Origin: Alphaproteobacteria bacterium
GTDB lineage: Bacteria; Pseudomonadota; Alphaproteobacteria; DATDPM01
Length of the DNA: 64,000 nt
Assembly: GCA_041498815.1 (NCBI GenBank)
Contig: JBGQJC010000001.1
Span: forward strand, 49,773 to 113,772
Direction: 5' to 3'
Part shown: piece after piece, positions 17,479 to 27,571 of the stretch
Numbering within the stretch: the first letter of the stretch is position 1
Layout: every line of letters starts with the position of its first letter
The notes under the pieces: generated by a model
Databases searched by the model: none
What the model saw: only the letters and a program-made list of their open reading frames with translations
What the model was told of the DNA's origin: nothing
Position numbers and translations under genes: made by a program

Positions 17479-19098
17479 TTACTCCTTATTGGCGTGCCGG
17501 ATTGGAACCAGCACGATGAAGGTGGCGCCTTCCCCGGGGGCGGTTTTCGCGGTGATCGTGCCGCCGTGCCGCTCGATGATTTTGCGGCAGGTGGCGAGCC
17601 CGATCCCGGTTCCTTCATATTCGCCGCGGCCGTGAAGCCGCTGGAACATGTTGAATATCCTGTCCACGTATTTTTCGTCGAAGCCGATGCCGTTGTCGGC
17701 GACGGTAATTTTGCACCAGGCCTCCTCGGAATCCGGTTGCGCGGCCGTTCCGTCGGCCATGCAAAGCGAGGCTGCGACGCGGACAACGGGCGGCACGCCC
17801 TCCTGGTGGAACTTGAGGGCGTTGCCGATGAGATTCATCAAGATCTGGCGCATCTGCGTGGGGTCGGCGTCGATCGTCGGCATAGCGCCGATTTCCACCT
17901 TGCCGCCGCTTTTCTCGATCCGCACATGCAGGTCGGCGGCCGCATCCTGCGCGGCCTCGCTCAGATTCACGGGGACGAAGGGCAGAGCCTTGCTGGTGAC
18001 GCGCGAATAGGTAAGCAGATCGTTGATGAGAGAGCGCATGCGCGCGGACGCCTTTTGCATGCGATCGAGGTAAAGCTGCCCGTCTTCGCCCAACTGATCG
18101 CCGCATTTCACCTTCAGCCGGTCGCCGAACGCCTCGATCTTGCGCAATGGCTCCTGGAGATCGTGGGAGGCGACGTAAGCGAAGTCCTGGAGCTCTCGGT
18201 TGCTGCGCTCGAGGCGCCCGGCATATTCCTTGACGGCCTCTTCGGCGCGCTTGCGGTCGCTGATGTCCACCCAATAGCCCACGACCTCGAGCGGCGTGCC
18301 GTCGTTGTCCTCGACCAGCACCAGCTCGTCCCGCATCCACCGGTAGCTCCCGTCCTTGTGGCGGAAGCGGTATTCCTGGACGTGGCGGCCGGTCTTGAAA
18401 AGTTTTGCGAGGTCCGCGAACACGCGCGGCGCGTCCTCGGGATGGATTTGGTGAGTCCAGAACCCCGGATCGTCCAAGAACTCATGCGGCTCGTGGCCGA
18501 GCTGGGTCTTGATGTTGTTGCTGGCGAACGTCGCGGCATGATCGCCGCCGGCCTTGAAGCTGTAGATCATGGCCGGGCTGGTATTGAGCAGATGCTCCAG
18601 CCTGGCCTTCACGGCGAACAGGTTCTCATGGGTGCGTTCGGACTCGGTCACGTCGCGGCCGGTTCCGCGATAGCCCTGGAAACGGCCTTGGGGATCGAAA
18701 TAGGGCCGGCCGTGCACCCGGAATTGCCGCGTCTCGCCCGAAGCCACGGCCACCGAAAACGCGAAATCCGTGATCGGGCGCTGGGCCAAAAAATCCTCGA
18801 GATAGCGTTGCCAATGCGTGTCCCGAAGGTCGGCCTTGGCGACCTCGAGCAACGTGTGCCCCAGCACATTGTCGCGCTTGAGGCCGGTGATTTCCTCGAA
18901 CTGGTCCGAGAGATAGGAGAAGCGGAGGCTGGGGCCGGTTTCCCAGATCCAGTCGGAGACCAGCTCGGCGAAGTCGTGGAAGCGCTGCTCGGCGGCGGTA
19001 AGTCGCGCGGTGAGTTCGGCAAGACCGCCATGCTGCGGCATGGCGGCAGGCTGTTCCTCTCCGATCTCCTGGCGAAGCTCCGCGTTCGGTTTCCGCAT
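17479..19098 (-). CDS. PAS-domain sensor histidine kinase (alternative start at 19155)
   Basis: Two PAS-like segments, then H-box ASHDLQEPLRKI and the C-terminal GTGIGLA block of the ATPase domain. Confidence 0.8.
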   Translation of the reverse strand: MRKPNAELRQEIGEEQPAAMPQHGGLAELTARLTAAEQRFHDFAELVSDWIWETGPSLRFSYLSDQFEEITGLKRDNVLGHTLLEVAKADLRDTHWQRYLEDFLAQRPITDFAFSVAVASGETRQFRVHGRPYFDPQGRFQGYRGTGRDVTESERTHENLFAVKARLEHLLNTSPAMIYSFKAGGDHAATFASNNIKTQLGHEPHEFLDDPGFWTHQIHPEDAPRVFADLAKLFKTGRHVQEYRFRHKDGSYRWMRDELVLVEDNDGTPLEVVGYWVDISDRKRAEEAVKEYAGRLERSNRELQDFAYVASHDLQEPLRKIEAFGDRLKVKCGDQLGEDGQLYLDRMQKASARMRSLINDLLTYSRVTSKALPFVPVNLSEAAQDAAADLHVRIEKSGGKVEIGAMPTIDADPTQMRQILMNLIGNALKFHQEGVPPVVRVAASLCMADGTAAQPDSEEAWCKITVADNGIGFDEKYVDRIFNMFQRLHGRGEYEGTGIGLATCRKIIERHGGTITAKTAPGEGATFIVLVPIRHANKE

Positions 19099-19286
19099 CG
19101 ATATAATTCCGGCGCCCCAATAATAATTCGACGCCTCACGCGCAGGTCGGCGCATGAGGCGAGTAAATCCTTGCTCCCGCGGGGGAAATCATGGCCCCGG
19201 ACGGTAAAGAAGCGGTTAACCTAGCCCCTCGCGCGGGGTGTCCGCGCGCGCGCGTAAGTTGTGGAACCAGCTTCGGATAATGGCGT

Positions 19287-19730
19287 TTAGCCGGACTCGC
19301 GGCCGCCTTCGGCGAAGGCGCGGCCCAAGTCGCCTTCGCGCTCGACCTCCGCCAACTCGTTGCCGGCGAAATCGCGCAACGACACGATCCCGGAAAGCCG
19401 GCCTTTCCGCGTCACCGGCAAATGCCGGAAACGGCCGAGCTGCATCAGGCGCAGGGCAGAGAGCGCCGGAGCGTCGGCTTCGACGGTGCGCGGATTTCTG
19501 GTCATCACCGAATCCAAGGTGGTGGCGTCGAGATTGCACCCTTCCGCCGCCACCCGGTTCACCATGTCGCGCTCGGTGAAAATGCCGACCAGCCGGCCCG
19601 ACTCCGTCACCAGCACGGCGCCGATGTGGCGCTCGGCCATCAGGCGCACGGCTTCGCGCACCGCGGCGCCCGGCGGCAACTGCACCAAGACTTGAGTTCC
19701 GACGAGATCGGAAACGGTTCTGTGCCTCAT
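19287..19730 (-). CDS. CBS domain pair protein
   Basis: Tandem CBS motifs (HIGAVLVTESGRLVGIFTERD ... HLPVTRKGRLSGIVSLRD). Confidence 0.7.
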   Translation of the reverse strand: MRHRTVSDLVGTQVLVQLPPGAAVREAVRLMAERHIGAVLVTESGRLVGIFTERDMVNRVAAEGCNLDATTLDSVMTRNPRTVEADAPALSALRLMQLGRFRHLPVTRKGRLSGIVSLRDFAGNELAEVEREGDLGRAFAEGGRESG

Positions 19731-20038
19731 GGCGTGTCGTCCTTTAGGGGCTCCATCATACCCAATCATACCCGCGTCGCGGCCCGTTGCGCCACCTTCG
19801 ATGGACTAGCCTTTATGGTTAAAAAACGGGCCATTGGCCCAGGATTTTTCTTGCCTCGGGTGGCAAAAGCGCCAATATAAGGCCGGAAGTCGCACAAATG
19901 ATCGGCGTACCCGTGCTCAGTTGCCTTACCTTCAAAAAACCCGGCCTAGCCAGGTTACCCCCCGAAATTGTGAGACCCACACGCGCCGCGGCCGATGTTG
20001 GCGAGGGCGGTTTTGCATATCTTTAAATAGGAGCGATC

Positions 20039-20251
20039 ATGGCTACCGGAACAGTAAAGTGGTTTAACGCAACCAAGGGCTACGGATTCATCACGCCGGA
20101 TCCCGGTCAGGGCGATAAGGACGTCTTCGTCCACATCACGGCGGTCGAGCGCGCCGGCATGCGTTCCCTCATGGAAGGGCAACGCGTCAGCTACCAAGTG
20201 CTGAACGAGCCGCGCGGCGCCAAGGCCGTCGATCTCGCGGCCGCCGACTAG
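20039..20251 (+). CDS. cspA: cold-shock protein CspA family
   Basis: MATGTVKWFNATKGYGFITPD contains the RNP1/RNP2 motifs. A long 5' leader precedes the gene. Confidence 0.9.
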   Translation: MATGTVKWFNATKGYGFITPDPGQGDKDVFVHITAVERAGMRSLMEGQRVSYQVLNEPRGAKAVDLAAAD

Positions 20252-20288
20252 GAATCCGCGCTCCCGTATCGGGAGCCGGCCAAGTCAA

Positions 20289-20327
20289 AAAACCCGTCCT
20301 GGGGAAAGACCGCAGGGCGGGTTTTTT
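20289..20327. terminator. bidirectional rho-independent terminator between cspA and the convergent kinase
   Basis: aaaaaacccgtcctg...cagggcgggtttttt is a perfect 9-bp GC stem flanked by an A-run and a T-run. Confidence 0.7.
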
Positions 20328-20371
20328 CCGTCTTGAACACCGTTTTCTGAAATTCGTTTAACTCGGGACCG

Positions 20372-21415
20372 TCATGCCGCATGGCGCACCGAGCGCGACG
20401 CGGGGAAGATTACCGTCACCGCGGTGCCCTTGCCTTGCTCGCTCTTGATGTCGAAGCGGCCCTGATGCAGCTCGATCAGGGCCTTGGCAAGCGGCAGGCC
20501 GAGCCCGGTTCCCTCGAACTTGCGGTTGAGCGCCGAATCCACCTGGCTGAAGGGCGCAAGCGCCACGGCGATGTCCTTGGGCGCGATGCCGATGCCGGTG
20601 TCGCTGACGGAAATCGTCATCGCGCCGGTTGCATCCACCGCCACCTCGGCCGTGATGCGCCCGCCGGCCCTCGTGAACTTGATGGCGTTCGAAAGAAGAT
20701 TGAGAAGAATCTGCCTCAGCTTGCGTGGGTCGGCCCAAAGCACCGGCAATCCCGCCGGCGTCTCGGCGCGAAGCGTTACGCCGCCGTGGTCCGCGCGCTC
20801 GCGCATCAACGCCACGCAGGAGCGGATGATCGAGCCCACGTCCACCTCCTCTTCGTAAAGGTCCAGCTTGCCCGCCTCGACCTTCGAAAGATCGAGGATG
20901 TCGTTGAGGATGGCGAGCAGATGCCGGCCCGATTCGTTGATGTGGCCCGCGTATTCGACCAGCTTTTCGGGAGACGCGGCGTTGCCCATCCCGTCGCGGA
21001 TCATGTCGGAAAATCCGATGATCGCATTCAGGGGCGTGCGCAATTCGTGGCTGGTATTCGCCAGGAACGCGGATTTGGTGCGGTTGGCGGAATCGGCGAT
21101 TTCGATCGCCAGGCGCAACGCATCTTCCGCGCGCTTGCGATCGTCCACCTCGCGCCGCAGGTGATGGACGACCGACGTGAACAGAAGCGAGGCGATGGGC
21201 GCCGCCAGCACCGGCGCCACCAAAGCGGCAACCGTCACCACCCGGGGAACGGTTCCGACCATGATTACGCTCACCGCCGCCGATACCGCTTCGGCGAACA
21301 CGACCGCGACTATGGTTGCGAGCGCCACCAGCACCGGAGTAGGCAGCGTGAGCAGAAAGCCGGCAAGCCTTCCGGGACTAGGCGAAAGCCCGGCGCCCGC
21401 AGCCAAGCGCCGCAT
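20372..21415 (-). CDS. membrane-anchored sensor histidine kinase (alternative start at 21529)
   Basis: Two TM segments, then [17 protein letters not shown] and the C-terminal GTGLGLPLAK block of the ATPase domain. Confidence 0.8.
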   Translation of the reverse strand: MRRLAAGAGLSPSPGRLAGFLLTLPTPVLVALATIVAVVFAEAVSAAVSVIMVGTVPRVVTVAALVAPVLAAPIASLLFTSVVHHLRREVDDRKRAEDALRLAIEIADSANRTKSAFLANTSHELRTPLNAIIGFSDMIRDGMGNAASPEKLVEYAGHINESGRHLLAILNDILDLSKVEAGKLDLYEEEVDVGSIIRSCVALMRERADHGGVTLRAETPAGLPVLWADPRKLRQILLNLLSNAIKFTRAGGRITAEVAVDATGAMTISVSDTGIGIAPKDIAVALAPFSQVDSALNRKFEGTGLGLPLAKALIELHQGRFDIKSEQGKGTAVTVIFPASRSVRHAA

Positions 21416-21620
21416 GTATGCCTGCCGTGCAACCGTTACGGTTGGCGCCCTGTGATATGCCATCGACCGTGCGGTGCCGATATCGTCCCCCCTGCCGGGC
21501 CCTGAAACGGGCCGATCGGCAGCCGGCACCCCTAGGGCGCGAAGTTTACGCCGCGATATGCTTAATTTCGGGTTAACGGAACGACGCCGGGCCGTTGCGC
21601 GCCCCGACGCTTGTCCGCCC

Positions 21621-22145
21621 TCACCGGCCCGATTTGTCGCCGCGAACAGCAGGATCGGCGGATTTGATCTTGTCGATCAAGGTCCGGTCGATGAGGTTCG
21701 ACACCTCGATCTTCGCGCCGAGCTCGAACCGGCGCAGTGCCGCGCGCGTCTGCCCGCCCGCGACACCATCCACCGCGCCCACGTAATAGCCGCGGCGCGA
21801 GAGCAGCGTCTGGACCTCGATCACCTCGGGCTTGGCCCGACTCCCGCGCCCTTTTTCCACCTTGGGCAGAACGAATTGCAGGTGATCCACCAGCCCCTTG
21901 GAGATGCAGCCGTCGACCGGCAGCTTGGCGTCCTGCTGATAGGCGCCGATGGCGGATTCGGTTTTCAGCGACGGCTGGCCGTCGGGCTGGCCCGCGTCAT
22001 AGCCATGAATATTAAGTTCGAGCTGTATCGTTCGGGTATAGGCCGCAGAAACCGCATCGGGCATGCCGCTGGGACAGGCGGCTCCGGCGGTATTTGCGGC
22101 GGCGCCGATCAACAGCGATACCGCCAGCACGATCGGTTTTCTCAT
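21621..22145 (-). CDS. secreted protein with two peptidoglycan-binding (PG_binding_1-like) repeats
   Basis: A signal peptide and two repeats of the type GYDAG..DG..G..T..A...FQ. Confidence 0.6.
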   Translation of the reverse strand: MRKPIVLAVSLLIGAAANTAGAACPSGMPDAVSAAYTRTIQLELNIHGYDAGQPDGQPSLKTESAIGAYQQDAKLPVDGCISKGLVDHLQFVLPKVEKGRGSRAKPEVIEVQTLLSRRGYYVGAVDGVAGGQTRAALRRFELGAKIEVSNLIDRTLIDKIKSADPAVRGDKSGR

Positions 22146-22269
22146 CGTTTCGACCCTTTATCAACTTCCGGCAACTTCCGGGCTCACGCCCTCTACATAA
22201 TCCCGGACGGCCCCGGACAGAAGTGGGCTTGGCGTTAGCAGGCCTGGCTCGCCGCCTTGCACTCACTAT

Positions 22270-23709
22270 TTGGTAATAAATAATTGTAATTATCCTCAAA
22301 TGTTTCCCTGGGGCAAAGCGGGCGCGCCGGACATCGGCCCGGCCAAGGCCGGATCGAAGCTCGGCGTCCGGGGCGGAACCGCGGCCTGCCTTGCCCGGAT
22401 CCTCGTGCTCGGCCAGGACCAGGGCCGCGCGCGCGAGCTTGCCAAGCTGCTCCGGGGCGAAGGCTATGCCGCCTTCGCCGGCGATTTTTCGGTAAGGGTC
22501 GGCCGCCTGTCCCCGGACGAACATCCCGATCTCGCCCTGATCGACGCTGACGATGCCGGCGAAAAGGGCCTCAAGCTTGCGGCTTCCTTCAAGAACGGCA
22601 ACGGCGTTCGCATCCCGGTCATGATGCTCGCCGAATCCGCCGCCCCGGAGACGCGCCGCCGCTGCCTCGAAGCCGGCATCGACGACCTGATCACACCGCC
22701 CTACAGCGACTCCGTTGTGCTCGCGCGCCTCAAGCCGCTGATCCGGCTCGCCATCATGGAGGCCGAGCTGGAACGCCGTCTGGCGACCGCGCGCGGCCTT
22801 GGGCTGGACCCGGGCGACGTTCAAGATGCGCGGCGCGATACCGCGTTCCACCGGGTGCTGGTGGTGGGCGACGGCACCGATGACCTCTCCGAGGTCGAGA
22901 AGGCTCTCTGCACCGGCGTGCAACTGATCCCCGCGGGCGATGTGTTCGCCGCCGCCTCGATGCTGCACCAAGAAATTTTCGACGCGCTCGTCGCCGTCAT
23001 CAAGGGTGCGGGGGAAGATTCTCTCTACTTCTGCAGCCAGTTGCGCAACAACACGAAGCTTTTCGATCTTCCGGTCCTGCTGGTCGCCGACGGCGGCGCC
23101 TTCGAGTCCGTGGACGACCCGTACCGTTCCGGGGCCAGCGCCGTGGTGCTGCGCCCGGTGGACGAGGCCGAGCTTCAAACCACGATCGAGTCGCTGGTGC
23201 GGCGGCAAAAGCGGCGCCATGCGATCCGCGACCGTCTGGCCGCGATAAAGGCCAAGGCGGGACACGCCGAATTGGGCGGGGTATTTGGCCACGATTTCCT
23301 GCTCGCGCACTTGGAGCGCCTGACCGGAACGGCGCGCGCCTGGCACAAGCACCTGTCGCTCGTTTCCTTCCAGATTCAAAATCTCGCCTGGGTCGTGCGC
23401 GATTTCGGGCCCGGAGCCGGCACCGACCTGATGCGCCAGGTCGCGGAATGGATCGGCGTCCTGATTCGCGCCGAAGATCTGGTCGCGCGCCACAGCGACA
23501 AGGAATTCTGCGTCGCACTCCCCGATACCGCGATCGAAGAGGCCGAGGTTGTGGCGCAGCGAATAGCCGGCGTGGTCCTCAACACCCAATTCGCGGTCAA
23601 GGGCGTGGATCTGCCGCTCGGCGTCTGGCTCCAGACGGGCGCCGCCGAATACGCGCCCGGCGATTCCCCCTCCACCCTCATCGAGCGCGCCCACCGCGAC
23701 CTGCGCTAA
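22270..23709 (+). CDS. PleD-like regulator with two REC-like domains and a degenerate GGDEF domain (start uncertain)
   Basis: Two receiver-like segments. In the C-terminal GGDEF-like domain the signature is replaced by RHSDKEF. Confidence 0.65.
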   Translation: MVINNCNYPQMFPWGKAGAPDIGPAKAGSKLGVRGGTAACLARILVLGQDQGRARELAKLLRGEGYAAFAGDFSVRVGRLSPDEHPDLALIDADDAGEKGLKLAASFKNGNGVRIPVMMLAESAAPETRRRCLEAGIDDLITPPYSDSVVLARLKPLIRLAIMEAELERRLATARGLGLDPGDVQDARRDTAFHRVLVVGDGTDDLSEVEKALCTGVQLIPAGDVFAAASMLHQEIFDALVAVIKGAGEDSLYFCSQLRNNTKLFDLPVLLVADGGAFESVDDPYRSGASAVVLRPVDEAELQTTIESLVRRQKRRHAIRDRLAAIKAKAGHAELGGVFGHDFLLAHLERLTGTARAWHKHLSLVSFQIQNLAWVVRDFGPGAGTDLMRQVAEWIGVLIRAEDLVARHSDKEFCVALPDTAIEEAEVVAQRIAGVVLNTQFAVKGVDLPLGVWLQTGAAEYAPGDSPSTLIERAHRDLR

Positions 23710-23723
23710 TCCGGGGACAAAAC

Positions 23724-26700
23724 CTAGGCTCTTCCGGCGCTCCGCTCCGGCATCTTCGCGGCGCGCGCCGCGATCTCGGAGATCTGGCGCAACAGCTGCC
23801 GCAATCCCGCCACCCGCTCGGACGCCGCCTCCCAAGCCCTTTGCACCACAAGTTTGTGGTCGGGACGGAGCTTCACCGTCCCGGCGTTGCGGGCGATGAA
23901 ATCCACCAGTCCCGCCGGATCGGGAAATTTGTTGCCGCGGAAGGCGATGACCGCGCCCTTGGGCCCGGCCTCCGCTTTCTCGACATTGGCCTCGCGGCAC
24001 AATTGTTTGAGCGCCACGATGTCGAACAGATTCGAAACTTCGCCCGGAAGCGGCCCGAAGCGGTCGATCATCTCGGCGGCGAAGGCCTCGATCTCCCGCT
24101 CGTCCTGAAGATTGGCGATGCGCCGGTAAAGCCCAAGCCGCACGCCCAAGTCGCCGACATAGGATTCCGGGATCAAGACCGGCATCCCAAGCGAGATCTG
24201 CGGCGTCCAAGTTTCCTCGGCGGCAAGCGCCGTGCCGCGCGCCTCCGCCACCGCCTGTTCCAGCATGCTCTGGTAAAGCTCGATTCCGACCTCGCGGATG
24301 TGGCCCGATTGCTCGTCGCCCAAAAGGTTTCCGGCGCCCCGGATGTCGAGATCGTGGCTGGCGAGGCTGAATCCGGCGCCGAGCGAATCGAGGGCGTGGA
24401 GAATTTCCAATCTGCGCTGCGCGACCGGGGAAAGCACGCGCCCGGGCGGAAGCGTCAGATAGGCATAGGCCCTGAGCTTGGCCCTCCCGATGCGCCCGCG
24501 CAGCTGATAGAGCTGGGCCAAGCCGAACATGTCGGCGCGGTGCACGACCAGCGTGTTCGCGGTCGGGATATCGAGGCCCGATTCGATGATGTTGGTGGAA
24601 ACGAGAACGTCGTAGGCCCCGTCGTAAAACGCCGACATCACGGATTCGAGCTGGCGCGCCGCCATCCGGCCGTGGGCGCTTGCGATCTTGACCTCGGGCA
24701 CAAGCTTTTGCAGCCGCTCGGTCACGTCGGCCAGATCCTCGATCCGGGGGCAGACGTAAAAAATTTGCCCGCCCCGGTAATGCTCGCGCAGGATCGCCTC
24801 CCGCACCACCACCGGGTCGAAGGGCAGGATGAAGGTCCGGATCGCGAGCCGATCGACCGGAGGCGTCGCGATCACGCTCATCTCCTTGACCCCGGCAAGG
24901 GCCATCTGAAGCGTGCGCGGTATGGGGGTGGCGGTGAGAGTCAACACATGGACGTTGGCGCGAAGCCGCTTCAAGCGCTCCTTCTGGACCACGCCGAAAT
25001 GCTGCTCCTCGTCCACGATCAAGAGCCCGAGGTTCTGGAACGCCACGTCCTTGGCGAGAAGCGCGTGGGTCCCGATCACGATGTCGATGCCGCCGGTTTT
25101 CAGGCCGGCCTTCACACCCGCCGCCTCGCGCGCGGGGGTGAGCCGCGACAACTGTCCGATGTTCACCGGCAGCCCTTCGAAACGCTTGCGGAAGGTGATG
25201 CTGTGCTGGCGCGCCAAAAGCGTGGTGGGGGTCACGACCGCCGTTTGAACGCCGCCCATCGCGGCGACGAAGGCGGCGCGCAAGGCGACTTCGGTCTTGC
25301 CGAAGCCGACGTCGCCGCAAATCAGCCGGTCCATGGGCTTGCCCGAGCCGAGGTCGGCCAGCGTATCGGCGATGGCCGTCACCTGATCGTCGGTCTCGGC
25401 ATAGGGAAACCGTGCCGCGAATTCGTCGTAATACCCCTCGGGCGGAGTCAAAACCGGGGCCTCGTGAAGCTCGCGGGCGGCCGCCACCTTCAACAGCTGC
25501 TCGGCGATGTCGCGGATGCGTTTCTTGACGCGGGCTTTGCGCGCCTGCCAACCGGCGCCTCCCAGCCGGTCCAGTTCGGCGGCGCTGTCCTCCGAGCCGT
25601 AGCGCGACAGCACCTCGATGTTCTCGACCGGCACGAACAGCTTGTCCCCGCCCTGGTACACGAGCTTCAGGCAATCGTGGGGTGCTGCGTCCACCTCTAT
25701 GGCGGTCAGTCCTTCGTAGCGCCCGATCCCGTGCTCGACATGGACGACCAGATCGCCGTCCGAAAGATTCGAGGCCTCGGCGATGAAAGCTTCGGCCCGC
25801 CGTTTGCGCCGTTGCGGGCGCGCCAAACGGTCGCCCAGAATATCCTGCTCGGTGATGACCAGCGCCTGGGGCGCGGAAAAGCCGTGCTCGATCGGCAGCA
25901 CCACAAGCGCCGTGGCCTCGGCGCCGAGATGGGTCACTTGATGCCAGGATTCGCAAACCGCGAGCCCCAAAATGCCGTGATCGCGCAGCATCGCGCCCAT
26001 GCGCTCCCGCGATCCCTCGCTGTAACAGGCGATCACGCTGCGGCGGCCCGTTTTTCCCTCGCCCGCAATCGTCTCGCGCACCGCGTCGAACACATTGGCG
26101 CCGGGGCGCGCCCGGATGCCGGCGAAGTCAGGCGCCGGCCTGCCCCCGGCATCGAAGGTTCGGGTGGCGTGTTCGGGTGCCGCGAAAGGCGAGAAGATGC
26201 CGGCGGCGCGCGTCTCCAGCAGCCGGTCCCAGTCTTCGCGGTTGAGATAGAGGCGCTCCGGCGGCAGCGGCCGGTAGGGCGCTTCGCCCTCGGCGCGCAA
26301 GGCTGCGGCTCGCGCCGCGTAATAATCGGCGATGGTATCGAGGCGCGCGTCCCTTGCGTCCTCGCTATTGTGATCCAGCGTCACCACGCTCGCCGGCAGA
26401 TAATCGAACAATGTTTCCAGGCGCTCATAGAACAGCGGCAGCCAGTGCTCGAGGCCCGGATAGCGCCGCCCCGCGCTTAGGGCTTCGTAGAGCGGGTCGG
26501 TGCCGGTCACCGCGCCGAACAGCTCGCGGTAGCCCTCGCGGAACCGGGCGATGGATTCGTCGGTCAGCAAGATTTCGCTCACCGGCATCAAGGTGAAATT
26601 TTCGAGTTTTCGGGCCGAGCGCTGGCTCACCGGATCGAAAGTGCGGATGGCCTCGATCATCTCGCCGAAGAGGTCGAGCCTGAGCGGCTCCTCGCAGCCC

Positions 26701-27221
26701 GGCGGGAACAGATCGACGATGCCGCCGCGGAGAGCAAATTCGCCGGGCTCGCGTACGGTCTCGGCCCGGGTATAGCCGTTGCGGGCGAGATAACCGGAAA
26801 GATCCGATAGCGAAAGGCGGTCGCCAGCGCCGGCCCGGAACACCGCGTCGCGAAAAACCTGCCGGGGCGGCACCCGCTGCAAGAGCGCGCTGACGGTCGT
26901 GACCACGACAAGGCCCTGCCCGGCGCCGGCCTCCGCAAGCCGGGTCAGCGTCTCGACGCGCCGCGCGACCGTTTCGCCGTTGGGCGATACCCGGTCGTAG
27001 GGCACGCAGTCCCAAGCCGGAAAGGTCAGGACTTCAAGCCCGGGGGCGAAGAATTTCAGGCTCTCCGCCGTGCGGGCCATGCGCCCTTCGTCTTCGGCAA
27101 CGTGCACGATGGGCGCGAGGCTCTGGGCAAGCCCGGCCAGGACCAGGGCATCGAACCCTTCCGGCGCGCCCGCGATCGCAACCCGGCTGGGCGCAGAGAA
27201 AAATTTCTTGAGGTGTTCCAA
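23724..27221 (-). CDS. mfd: transcription-repair coupling factor
   Basis: 1165 aa. It has a UvrB-homology N-terminus, helicase motifs GDVGFGKTEVA and DEEQHFGV, and a TRG/CarD-like domain. Confidence 0.95.
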   Translation of the reverse strand: MEHLKKFFSAPSRVAIAGAPEGFDALVLAGLAQSLAPIVHVAEDEGRMARTAESLKFFAPGLEVLTFPAWDCVPYDRVSPNGETVARRVETLTRLAEAGAGQGLVVVTTVSALLQRVPPRQVFRDAVFRAGAGDRLSLSDLSGYLARNGYTRAETVREPGEFALRGGIVDLFPPGCEEPLRLDLFGEMIEAIRTFDPVSQRSARKLENFTLMPVSEILLTDESIARFREGYRELFGAVTGTDPLYEALSAGRRYPGLEHWLPLFYERLETLFDYLPASVVTLDHNSEDARDARLDTIADYYAARAAALRAEGEAPYRPLPPERLYLNREDWDRLLETRAAGIFSPFAAPEHATRTFDAGGRPAPDFAGIRARPGANVFDAVRETIAGEGKTGRRSVIACYSEGSRERMGAMLRDHGILGLAVCESWHQVTHLGAEATALVVLPIEHGFSAPQALVITEQDILGDRLARPQRRKRRAEAFIAEASNLSDGDLVVHVEHGIGRYEGLTAIEVDAAPHDCLKLVYQGGDKLFVPVENIEVLSRYGSEDSAAELDRLGGAGWQARKARVKKRIRDIAEQLLKVAAARELHEAPVLTPPEGYYDEFAARFPYAETDDQVTAIADTLADLGSGKPMDRLICGDVGFGKTEVALRAAFVAAMGGVQTAVVTPTTLLARQHSITFRKRFEGLPVNIGQLSRLTPAREAAGVKAGLKTGGIDIVIGTHALLAKDVAFQNLGLLIVDEEQHFGVVQKERLKRLRANVHVLTLTATPIPRTLQMALAGVKEMSVIATPPVDRLAIRTFILPFDPVVVREAILREHYRGGQIFYVCPRIEDLADVTERLQKLVPEVKIASAHGRMAARQLESVMSAFYDGAYDVLVSTNIIESGLDIPTANTLVVHRADMFGLAQLYQLRGRIGRAKLRAYAYLTLPPGRVLSPVAQRRLEILHALDSLGAGFSLASHDLDIRGAGNLLGDEQSGHIREVGIELYQSMLEQAVAEARGTALAAEETWTPQISLGMPVLIPESYVGDLGVRLGLYRRIANLQDEREIEAFAAEMIDRFGPLPGEVSNLFDIVALKQLCREANVEKAEAGPKGAVIAFRGNKFPDPAGLVDFIARNAGTVKLRPDHKLVVQRAWEAASERVAGLRQLLRQISEIAARAAKMPERSAGRA

Positions 27222-27226
27222 GCCTG

Positions 27227-27502
27227 TTAGGTCTTGATCCTGAAGTTCCGCAACAACCCCATGACGTCGTGATCCTGGCCTCGCGGAATAGTGTCGCGGC
27301 CGGTGATCCAGCCGTAAAGGTCCGGGTCGCTGTTCTGGAGCAGGGCTTCGAACCGGTCAAGCTGCGCCGCCGAAAAGCCGGCCATGTGCCGGTCGGCAAA
27401 GCCGCCCAGGAGCAGGTCCATCTCCTTGGTGCCGCGGTGGCGGCTGCGGAAGAGCAGACGTTTGCGCCGCGTCTCCAAATCCACTTCCGTTCGCCCGGTC
27501 AT
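27227..27502 (-). CDS. sdhE: succinate dehydrogenase flavinylation assembly factor SdhE family
   Basis: RRKRLLFRSRHRGTKEMDLLLGGFAD...LYGWI is the SdhE/YgfY fold. The gene lies 3 bp downstream of... it sits immediately upstream of mfd on the same strand. Confidence 0.7.
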   Translation of the reverse strand: MTGRTEVDLETRRKRLLFRSRHRGTKEMDLLLGGFADRHMAGFSAAQLDRFEALLQNSDPDLYGWITGRDTIPRGQDHDVMGLLRNFRIKT

Positions 27503-27571
27503 ACAATCCATACCCAACTTGGCCTAGGATATAGAACCTCCGTCCTGTCAGCCTTGGGAAATTCCGGCACC

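Noticed and set aside
16002-19224. 352-aa and 576-aa ORFs antisense to the kinases
   Set aside because: Antisense artefacts, and the sense frames have H-box and ATPase motifs.
22012-26480. 1314-aa (minus) and 1010-aa (plus) ORFs overlapping mfd and the PleD-like gene
   Set aside because: RG-rich nonsense translations in alternative frames of mfd. The mfd frame has full helicase and TRCF motifs.
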